A DNA stretch of 32,000 nt from Gemmata obscuriglobus. Its GTDB lineage: Bacteria; Planctomycetota; Planctomycetia; Gemmatales; Gemmataceae. Of this stretch, positions 25,076-32,000 are shown one piece after another. How positions within the stretch are numbered: the first letter of the stretch is position 1; the number at the start of each line of letters is the position of its first letter. A model generated the notes under the pieces. It made no database searches. It was not told where the DNA came from and saw nothing but the letters and a program-made list of their open reading frames with translations. The position numbers and the translations under genes are program-made. The stretch covers positions 1,650,001 to 1,682,000 of the forward strand of contig NZ_CP042911.1 in the NCBI RefSeq assembly GCF_008065095.1, read 5' to 3'.

Positions 25076-28000
25076 TTATCTCCAGTCGCCAGAGAGAACG
25101 AACGCCGCCCAGAAGTGTGGGGGCAGGACCTCCTTACCGTCTTGACCTTCGGGCCGCAGCCCGCCCCGCTGGCTATTGGTCAACATCCACAACTGGGCCT
25201 GCCGCAGGGCTTCCGCTTTGGACACGTTTTTTTTGGTATCCCACAGCCGGGAGTAGAACTCGCGCATCAGTTGGTGAGTGTGCTCGTCCTTCACCGCCCA
25301 AAGGCTGGCCACCACGGTCTGGGCGCCGGCCGTCTGGAGGCCTCGCTGCAACCCCAGCACACCCTCACCGCCGGCTACCTTCCCGCGCCCGGTGTCGCAC
25401 GCGCTGAGCACCACCAACTCGGCGTTGCTCAGATCTAGTTCGCCGGCCTCGAGGGCCGTCAGGATGGCCTGCTCCTTGGGAGTGCCGGGTGCGTTCACCC
25501 CGGCGAATACTACCCCCGACAGGAGTCCCGGGTGCCGGCCCACTAGAAAGCGATCCATCTGAAAGCCTCGCACCGGCCGCTGGTCCGTGTCGAGAGCCGA
25601 TTTCTCGGTCTCGGCGGCGAAAAATCCATGTGTAGCTAAATGTAAGAATGTTTTCTTGGGCACTGCATCCACGAATGCGGTTTTGGTGGCTAGTTCCCCG
25701 CGCAGTACCTTGGGCGCCGGAGCATCAGGGAACGTCTCCTCGAACTGCGCCCGCAGGTCATTCACCTCGCTCTTGGATCCCGGCAGGCGGTCGTACGTGG
25801 GGACCCTGGGTAAGCGAGTGTCTGTCGGGGCGAGAGCGGGTTTGTCGGCGGGCTGCCCGAAGTCGATGCCACCGGCTAGCAGCAACCTCGGAGCGGACGG
25901 GCCAACCGTCTTCTTCGCCAGCACCTCGGGCAACAGGATCGGCACCGGGACCACGGCGAACGCATACTTGTGCAACAGGAACTTGTTCTCCTCATCCCCA
26001 GGCAGCGCGGCGAATGGCAACCCGTGCAACGGGCCGTCTGGTGAGATGAGCACCGTCTTGACACCATCGCCCAGGTGTTTAGCGAGAGGTTCCCAGACAG
26101 CCTTGCGGAGTTCGACCGCTGGGTCCGGGTTGCCAGCAGTCGGGAGGCGCCCGGATCCTTGGGTAGACCTCCATCGATCTACCAGCTGGGCAATCGGTTC
26201 CGATCGTCCAAGCGGCACCAGCGTTACCCCACCCTTACCCGGCCGCACTACGAACGCCAACAACCGCTGCTCGGTTACCGGTTCCTGCCTACCCTTCGTA
26301 GGCGGGCATATGTGCCAATACTCCCGGAAGTCGAGCAGGGTAGTACATTCGGGTACCGCAGCCCGGATATCGTCGCCGCCCAGTTCGCCCTTGGTACGGA
26401 ACACCTGATACGCCGCGCTCCGCTCCGATAATAACCGCTCTAACTCGGCCCGCCGCTCCCGTCGCCCTTGTAAATATGTCTTGAGATCCACTGACTCACA
26501 CGGTATCTCACCAGACGCGCTCGGGAGGGCGGCGGCGAGCAACTGGCGATCAACCACAGTCAGCTGACGCAGCAGGTCAGCAGTAGTTGGGTCCTTGGGG
26601 TCGCGGAGCGCACGAGCCCACCTCTGTCGAGCAGCCACCGCCCCCTTGAACGCCCCTATTCGGTGATACGTTGTTGACGCATCCCGGCCCGGATCAAGCA
26701 CCACCGAAAGGTACAACGAAATCGCTCTCTGTGCCTCAGCGGCCATAGAAAGTTGCTCGGCCTCGGCCTGACTGTTCGCCAATCGCGATAAATTGACCTG
26801 ATTTATTGCCAAAGATTCACCAGCCAATCTAATCGTATCGTGCGAAAGACTGTGACTCACTATATCAACAAGACATATATTATATAGGTATAGTGATATG
26901 TCGGGGTGGTCCTTGGGCAGGGCCTTGCGGCAGATGTCCAGTGCCTCCTCGTGGCTCTTCCGGGCACCCTCGAGATCCCGCAGGTCGCACTGCAAGACAC
27001 CCAGGTTGTTCAGGCTCCTGGCGATGTCGGGGTGACCCGCGGGCAGAGCCTTGCGGTAAATGTCCAGTGCTTCCCGATAGCTCCTCTTACATTCCTCGAG
27101 TTCCCGCAATTCGTGCTGTACGACACCCAAGTTGGTTAGGCTCAAGGCGATGTCGGGGTGATCCTTGGGCAGGGCCTTGCGGCGGATGGCCAGGGCCTCC
27201 TCGTGGCTCTCCCGCGCGGCTTTCAACTCCCCAAGCATCCCCTGCGCGGCACCCAGGTTGTTCAGGGTCGAGGCGATGTCGGGGAGAACTGCGGGCCGCA
27301 TCTTGCGGTGGATGTCCAGTGCCTCCTGGTGGCTCTTCCGGGCGCCCTCGAGATCCCGCAGGTCGTGCTGCGCGTTGCCCAGGTTGTTCAGGCTCATGGC
27401 GATGTCGGGGAGAACTGCGGGCCGCATCTTGCGGCGGATGTCCAGTGCCTCCTGGTGGCTCTTCCGGGCGCCCTCGAGATCCCGCAGGTCGTGCTGCGCG
27501 TTGCCCAGGTTGTTCAGGCTCATGGCGATGTCGGGGTGACCCGCGGGCAGGGCCTTGCGGCGGATGGCCAGTGCCTCCTCGTGGCTCCTCCGGGCGCCCT
27601 CGAGATCCCGCAGGTCGCGGTGCGCGACGCCCAGGTTGTTCAGGGTCGAGGCGATGTCGGGGAGAACTGCGGGCCGCATCTTGCGGCGGATGTCCAGTGC
27701 CTCCTGGTGGCTCTTCCGGGCGCCCTCGAGATCCCGCAGGTCGCGCTGCACGAGCCCCAGGTTGTTCAGGGTCGAGGCGATGTCGGGGTGATCCTTGGGC
27801 AGGGCCTTGCGGCGGATGGCCAGTGCCTCCTGGTGGCTCTTCCGGGCGCCCTCGAGATCCCGCAGGTCGTGCTGCGCGTTGCCCAGGTTGTTCAGGCTCA
27901 TGGCGACGCCGGGGTGGCCCGCGGGGAGGGCCTTGCGGCAGATGTCCAGTGCCTCCTGGTGGCTCTTCCGGGCGCCCTCGAGATCCCGCAGGTCGTGCTG

Positions 28001-29218
28001 CGCGACACCCAGGTTGTTCAGGGTCGAGGCGATGTCGGGGTGATCCTTGGGCAGGGCCTTGCGGCGGATGGCCAGTGCCTCCTCGTGACTCTTCCGGGCG
28101 CCCTCGAGATCCCGCAGGTCGTACTGCGCGTTGCCCAGGTTGTTCAGGCTCATGGCGACGCCGGGGTGGCCCGCGGGGAGGGCCTTGCGGCAGATGTCCA
28201 GTGCCTCCTGGTGGCTCTTCCGGGCGCCCTCGAGATCCCGCAGGTCGCGCTGCACGAGCCCCAGGTTGTTCAGGCTCATGGCGACGCCGGAGTGGCCCGT
28301 TGGTCGCATCTTGCGGCGGATGTCCAGTGCCTCCTGGTGGCTCTTCCGGGCGCCCTCGAGATCCCGCAGGTCGCGCTGCACGAGCCCCAGGTTGTTCAGG
28401 GTCGAGGCGATGTCGGGGTGATCCTTGGGCAGGGCCTTGCGGCGGATGGCCAGTGCCTCCTGGTGGCTCCTCCGGGCGCCCTCGAGATCCCGCAGGTCGT
28501 GCTGCACGAGCCCTAGATTTGTCAGACCGAACGCCACTAGCGGGTCATCTGCTCCTAGCCCTGCTTTCCAAATACAGACCGCTTTACGATAACCTTCTGC
28601 GGCCTCCTTTCGGTCGCCTAAGTTGGCTTGTAACAGCGCCAGGTTGTTGAGCGATCGCCCGAGATCCGGGTGCTGCACCGGCAATAATTTGCGACGAATC
28701 GCCAGAGCCCGCTCGTTCATTGCCTTTGCGTCATTGGTGTTCCCGAGAACCCCCTCGATACGCCCGACAGCATGCAGCACTTGCGCTATCTCTACCGTCT
28801 CCTCGCTAACAAATGCCCTATCGTACATCTCCAGTGCCGACCGCGCGATCGCGAGGGCCTTTTCCGGTGCAGTTATCTCAGCTTTCTTCACATTCTCCTC
28901 TGCAGTCAGTGCGGCGACGAGGGCCTTCTGTTTGTCGGTAGTCAACCCCGCGGCGGCCTCGGCCAGTTTGAGCGTGTGCTCGGCATCGAACGTGCGCCAA
29001 TGCTTCGGGCCGTCGATCTCCCGCGACAGCTTCGCGCACTTCGTGGCCGGGCCAATCGCCTCAGCAAACTTGCCTTCTCGAAGCAGCGCCGTCACCTTAG
29101 CTCCGGCCTCAGCACGTTGCTTGGCTCTCTCTGCCGACGGTTGCGCGGCCGTTATGGTTGGGCCGGCCACCAGATCGAACGCGAGCACCAGCCCCATCAC
29201 CAACCGGGAACCGCTCAT
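25076..29218 (-). CDS. Secreted TPR-repeat / CHAT-domain protease (1,380 aa)
   Basis: ATG 29218 follows AGGAGtgcgccc (the track start 29242 is a TTG). Signal-peptide-like MSGSRLVMGLVLAFDLVAGPTITAAQP. About 15 kinesin-light-chain-type 42-aa TPRs (NLGLVQRDLRDLEGARKSHQEALDIRRKALPKDHPDIASTLN). C-terminal CHAT domain has HLATHGFF (His) and VVLSACDTGRGKVAGGEGVLGLQRGL (Cys). Confidence 0.9.
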   Translation of the reverse strand: MSGSRLVMGLVLAFDLVAGPTITAAQPSAERAKQRAEAGAKVTALLREGKFAEAIGPATKCAKLSREIDGPKHWRTFDAEHTLKLAEAAAGLTTDKQKALVAALTAEENVKKAEITAPEKALAIARSALEMYDRAFVSEETVEIAQVLHAVGRIEGVLGNTNDAKAMNERALAIRRKLLPVQHPDLGRSLNNLALLQANLGDRKEAAEGYRKAVCIWKAGLGADDPLVAFGLTNLGLVQHDLRDLEGARRSHQEALAIRRKALPKDHPDIASTLNNLGLVQRDLRDLEGARKSHQEALDIRRKMRPTGHSGVAMSLNNLGLVQRDLRDLEGARKSHQEALDICRKALPAGHPGVAMSLNNLGNAQYDLRDLEGARKSHEEALAIRRKALPKDHPDIASTLNNLGVAQHDLRDLEGARKSHQEALDICRKALPAGHPGVAMSLNNLGNAQHDLRDLEGARKSHQEALAIRRKALPKDHPDIASTLNNLGLVQRDLRDLEGARKSHQEALDIRRKMRPAVLPDIASTLNNLGVAHRDLRDLEGARRSHEEALAIRRKALPAGHPDIAMSLNNLGNAQHDLRDLEGARKSHQEALDIRRKMRPAVLPDIAMSLNNLGNAQHDLRDLEGARKSHQEALDIHRKMRPAVLPDIASTLNNLGAAQGMLGELKAARESHEEALAIRRKALPKDHPDIALSLTNLGVVQHELRELEECKRSYREALDIYRKALPAGHPDIARSLNNLGVLQCDLRDLEGARKSHEEALDICRKALPKDHPDISLYLYNICLVDIVSHSLSHDTIRLAGESLAINQVNLSRLANSQAEAEQLSMAAEAQRAISLYLSVVLDPGRDASTTYHRIGAFKGAVAARQRWARALRDPKDPTTADLLRQLTVVDRQLLAAALPSASGEIPCESVDLKTYLQGRRERRAELERLLSERSAAYQVFRTKGELGGDDIRAAVPECTTLLDFREYWHICPPTKGRQEPVTEQRLLAFVVRPGKGGVTLVPLGRSEPIAQLVDRWRSTQGSGRLPTAGNPDPAVELRKAVWEPLAKHLGDGVKTVLISPDGPLHGLPFAALPGDEENKFLLHKYAFAVVPVPILLPEVLAKKTVGPSAPRLLLAGGIDFGQPADKPALAPTDTRLPRVPTYDRLPGSKSEVNDLRAQFEETFPDAPAPKVLRGELATKTAFVDAVPKKTFLHLATHGFFAAETEKSALDTDQRPVRGFQMDRFLVGRHPGLLSGVVFAGVNAPGTPKEQAILTALEAGELDLSNAELVVLSACDTGRGKVAGGEGVLGLQRGLQTAGAQTVVASLWAVKDEHTHQLMREFYSRLWDTKKNVSKAEALRQAQLWMLTNSQRGGLRPEGQDGKEVLPPHFWAAFVLSGDWR
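26897..28534. repeat. 13 x 126-bp near-identical in-frame tandem repeats (the TPR array of the CHAT gene)
   Basis: Unit boundaries fall at 26897, 27023, 27149, 27275 ... 28409, each starting (g/t)atgtcgggg. Units 27275-27400 and 27401-27526 differ at a single base by my reading. Variation is confined to a few codon blocks. Confidence 0.9.
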
Positions 29219-29272
29219 GGGCGCACTCCTGCAGGCTGTCAAAGAGAGATTCGATTCGTTGTCGTAAGCACG

Positions 29273-31069
29273 TCACTGGTGTCGGAATGCCACCCCATCG
29301 AGTACCGGCACGTCTTGCAACCGCTCGCGGAATTGCTCCAGCCGACGCTTCACCGGGCCACCGTCCGGGAACGACATCGCCCGGCTCAGGTCCCGCTCCC
29401 TGGCCCCTCCGGCGGCCACCTCGTCGGGCCGCACGCGCAGGAACAGCCCGCCCGGCTCCAGTGCCGGCCATTCGTCCTCGGTCGCCCACGACAACCGCAA
29501 CTCGTCCGGAGTTGGCGCGCGGTCGGGTCGGGCGCACATGAACACGAACTCGGTGCCAGCGGGCGGGAGCAATTCCGTGCCGGTTCCGGCACCCGGCCAG
29601 ATGGCCTCATAGGCGGTTGATCGCCGTTCGTACGTTTCGAGTACTTCTAACCGCCCGGCGCCGTTAACGTACACGAGACTGGCGTGCATTCCTGCGGGCA
29701 CCCGGAACCGCACCTGCAACTGGTCTCCGGTCTGAAGCGGCACGACCTCGGCCAGCGGTTTCGGATCGAACCCTTGCCGACGAACCAGCACGGTCAGGTT
29801 CGCATTCTCGCTGATCGTCGGCGTAGCGGCCGGGAGCGAGCGGACGGCGAGCCAGCGGCCACCGACCACCGCTGCACAGAAGAGGCAAACGAGCGCAGCC
29901 GCCACGACAACGCCCCGCCGCGTCCGGTACCACGGCACGCGCACCGCGTCCCGCACGGCCGCCGCAAACACCGCGGCCGAAGCGTGCCGCGCAGCTGGTT
30001 CGATCTCGAGCGCCTGTTCGCACGCGTTTCGCAGGCCGGTGGGGGCACCCGACCGGGCCAGGGCGGGCCGGGCCCAGTCGCACGCCCGCGCGCGGCGGAA
30101 GGCCGTGTTCAAATCCGAGTCGGGGTAGAGGGCCGAGCCGGTGAGCAGGAAGTACAGCACCGCGCCCAACCCAAACACGTCCGTACGCGCCGTGACCTCG
30201 CCGCCCTGCGCCTGTTCCGGGGACAGGTAGCCGGGCGTTCCGGCGGGACCGCCGGGTAACCCGTCTTCCCCGGCCCACGCCGGTCGGAACCACGCCACCC
30301 CGAAGTCGAGCAGTTTCGCCCCGCCCTGGCCGTCGACCATGATGTTGGCCGGCTTCACGTCCTGGTGGACCACGCCCGACCGGTGGGCGTGGTCCAGTGC
30401 CGCGGCCACGTCGGCCACCATCGCGGCGATTCGGGCCGGGTCGGGGCGGGTGTCCAGGGCGTACCGGCTCAGCGGGCGCCCCTGAACGTACTCCGTTACG
30501 ATGAACGGGCGCCCCTCGCACTCGCCCTGGTCGTAGATCCGGACGATGTGCGGGTGCTCCAGCCCCTTGAGGAGCTCGCCCTGACGGGCGAACCGCGCCC
30601 GCCAGTCCGACCGGGCCGTTCGCTCGGCCCGCATCCACTTCACCACGACCAGGCCGCGCCAATCCGGGTGGTAGCAGAGGTACACGTCCGCCTCGCCGCT
30701 CGCCGCAAGGTGGCTGTTGACGGGGTATCGGCCGATTTGTGCCGGGAGCGTCCGTTCCGCCGGAGGTTCGAGGCCGCCGTCCGTCGCGCCGGCGGGGGGC
30801 GGTCCGTCCGGGTCGGCCAGGCCCGGAAACCGGTTGAGGTACGAGTGAACGCTCGGCACGGTGAGCTGGTTGGCGACGTGCCGCTGGACGTCGATGGCGA
30901 TGAGCTCCTGGATCACGGCGCGGGCGAGGTGCGGCGGCGCCCGCCCGACCAGTTCGGCGATCCGGTCCCAGTTCGCCGGCCGCCAGTCTCCGTCAAACAA
31001 TTCCGCGAGCCGGTGGACCGCGAGTGCGTCGGCGGACGCGGCCGGCGCGGTCGAGGCAGAGTCGGTCAT
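29273..31069 (-). CDS. Transmembrane Ser/Thr protein kinase with a DUF4384-like extracytoplasmic C-terminal domain (598 aa)
   Basis: ATG 31069 follows AGGGGGAacg. The N-terminal [11 protein letters not shown]...LIAIDVQRH...YLNRFPGLA motif is common in planctomycete kinases. Kinase motifs are [28 protein letters not shown] and [12 protein letters not shown] segment is [23 protein letters not shown]. The C-terminal [53 protein letters not shown] is DUF4384-like. Confidence 0.9.
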   Translation of the reverse strand: MTDSASTAPAASADALAVHRLAELFDGDWRPANWDRIAELVGRAPPHLARAVIQELIAIDVQRHVANQLTVPSVHSYLNRFPGLADPDGPPPAGATDGGLEPPAERTLPAQIGRYPVNSHLAASGEADVYLCYHPDWRGLVVVKWMRAERTARSDWRARFARQGELLKGLEHPHIVRIYDQGECEGRPFIVTEYVQGRPLSRYALDTRPDPARIAAMVADVAAALDHAHRSGVVHQDVKPANIMVDGQGGAKLLDFGVAWFRPAWAGEDGLPGGPAGTPGYLSPEQAQGGEVTARTDVFGLGAVLYFLLTGSALYPDSDLNTAFRRARACDWARPALARSGAPTGLRNACEQALEIEPAARHASAAVFAAAVRDAVRVPWYRTRRGVVVAAALVCLFCAAVVGGRWLAVRSLPAATPTISENANLTVLVRRQGFDPKPLAEVVPLQTGDQLQVRFRVPAGMHASLVYVNGAGRLEVLETYERRSTAYEAIWPGAGTGTELLPPAGTEFVFMCARPDRAPTPDELRLSWATEDEWPALEPGGLFLRVRPDEVAAGGARERDLSRAMSFPDGGPVKRRLEQFRERLQDVPVLDGVAFRHQ

Positions 31070-31206
31070 CGTTCCCCCTTAGAACAACGGAACCGCCGCC
31101 AACCGCTGGCGCGGAGCGCCGCCCGACACTATCTCCCGAAAATGAAGCACAGTCAGTATAATCGGGGTCACAGTCATATCCAACACTCAACCTTAGCAGA
31201 GCGCCC

Positions 31207-31797
31207 GTGCAAAACGATGGCTCGGTCACAGACCTGTTGCTGCAACTCCGCTCGGAGGCCCCGGCGGTCCGGGACCGGGCCGCGGGGGAACTGCTCCAGC
31301 GCTACACCCCGGAACTGCTCGCGCTGATCGCCGGCCGGACGCAACCGCGGCCCCGACAGCGGGCGGACACCGAGGATGTGCTGCTGAGCTTCTACAACCG
31401 CCTCCGGCGCGGCACGTTCGACCTGGCGAACCGGGACCAGTTCCTGCACCTTGTCGTGAGCGTCGCCCTGAACACGGTGCGTGCGGCCGAGGGGCGTGAG
31501 CGGCAGCGGCGCGACGTGCGCCGGGGGCAACCGCTCGACGCACCTGAGGAAGGCGGCCGGGGGGTGGACCGGCCGGCCCCGGACGTCACTGCGGAGGTGG
31601 TGACCGAGGTCGCCGAGGAGATCGAGCGGCGGCTGACCGGGCTGCTACCGGAGTGCCGGGAGGTGCTGGTGCTGCGGCTCGACGGCCGCACGACGGAGGA
31701 TATCGCCCGGACGATCGACCGCACCCCACGCACCGTGGAGCGCCGGATGGAGTTGGTGCGGACGCTGTGGCGCGACGACATCCTGGAACCGAATTAG
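31207..31797 (+). CDS. ECF-type RNA polymerase sigma factor (planctomycete Sigma70_ECF type)
   Basis: GTG 31207. VTDLLLQLRSEAPAVRDRAAGELLQRYTPELLALIAGR...EDVLLSFYNRLRRG (region 2-like) and CREVLVLRLDGRTTEDIARTIDRTPRTVERRMELVR (region 4 HTH). Divergent from the kinase across a 137-bp gap. Confidence 0.85.
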   Translation: MQNDGSVTDLLLQLRSEAPAVRDRAAGELLQRYTPELLALIAGRTQPRPRQRADTEDVLLSFYNRLRRGTFDLANRDQFLHLVVSVALNTVRAAEGRERQRRDVRRGQPLDAPEEGGRGVDRPAPDVTAEVVTEVAEEIERRLTGLLPECREVLVLRLDGRTTEDIARTIDRTPRTVERRMELVRTLWRDDILEPN

Positions 31798-32000
31798 GCG
31801 GCAGCTCGCTCGACCGCGGTTGCGGGTTACCCGTTGCGGCCACCGGTCGCACAGGCGCATGGCGGGAGCGGTGCCCGGCCGGTGCGACCCGTCTTCTCGC
31901 ACCGTGCTGCGCGACGGCCGATTCGTGATAGCACATCGCGGAAGAGTGTGGTCATGCGTCTCGCGGTGACAACGGGGCGCACGGCGGTCAGGGGGGGAAG

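Noticed and set aside
26897-28534. The 126-bp periodic array as a CRISPR array or satellite
   Set aside because: There is no repeat/unique-spacer alternation, since the whole 126-bp unit repeats. The period is a multiple of three and in frame, it lies inside a long ORF, and no cas genes are present.
26893-28650. Plus-strand 585-aa and 452-aa repetitive ORFs (CRGDPWAGPCGG... / ILGQGLAADGQCLLVA...) as novel repeat proteins
   Set aside because: They are the antisense frames of the 126-bp TPR repeats. The minus-strand frame gives canonical TPR_12-type repeats continuous with a signal peptide and a CHAT domain, which explains the periodicity fully.
31954-32000. Start of a further plus-strand gene (ATG 31954, MRLAVTTGRTAVRGG...) at the right edge
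   Set aside because: Only about 15 codons are visible, there is no clear RBS and there are no motifs. This is too little to support a call.

Overview
High-GC bacterial DNA (roughly two-thirds G+C by eye, not computed). Gene content points to Planctomycetota, Gemmata-like: a planctomycete-type ECF sigma factor, a Ser/Thr kinase with the typical planctomycete N-terminal helical motif, and caspase, CHAT and DUF4384-like domains. This taxonomy is inference only. The window has three parts. (1) 1-5340, minus strand: a single giant gene missing from the ORF track because it has no stop inside the window. It encodes a sacsin/MORC-like GHKL ATPase that ends in a DUF3883 nuclease-like domain. (2) About 5.9-21.6 kb: a mobilizable, integrative-looking island. 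It carries a MobF (TrwC-type) relaxase-helicase with no T4SS or coupling protein, a tyrosine recombinase, a YhcG/DUF1016 PDDEXK nuclease, a GP88-like protein, and an XRE repressor with a perfect nested 24-bp palindromic operator. It also has three type II TA pairs (two ParDE paralogs, one VapBC). A nest of decayed insertion sequences sits inside it: a frameshifted and truncated IS66 transposase, a 165-bp MITE-like element with 21-bp perfect TIRs, and an IS110-family element whose transposase has two in-frame TAG codons and a 263-nt 5' leader where a bridge RNA would be expected. (3) 21.6-31.8 kb: first, an orphan gene behind a strongly AT-rich near-consensus promoter. Then a four-gene module in which an ECF sigma factor is divergent from an operon of Ser/Thr kinase, secreted TPR-CHAT protease and membrane-anchored C14 caspase. 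The kinase and caspase share a DUF4384-like C-terminal domain. The TPR region is a 13 x 126-bp near-identical tandem array. I found no rRNA, tRNA or CRISPR array. Many long ORFs in the supplied track are antisense or off-frame shadows typical of high-GC DNA.
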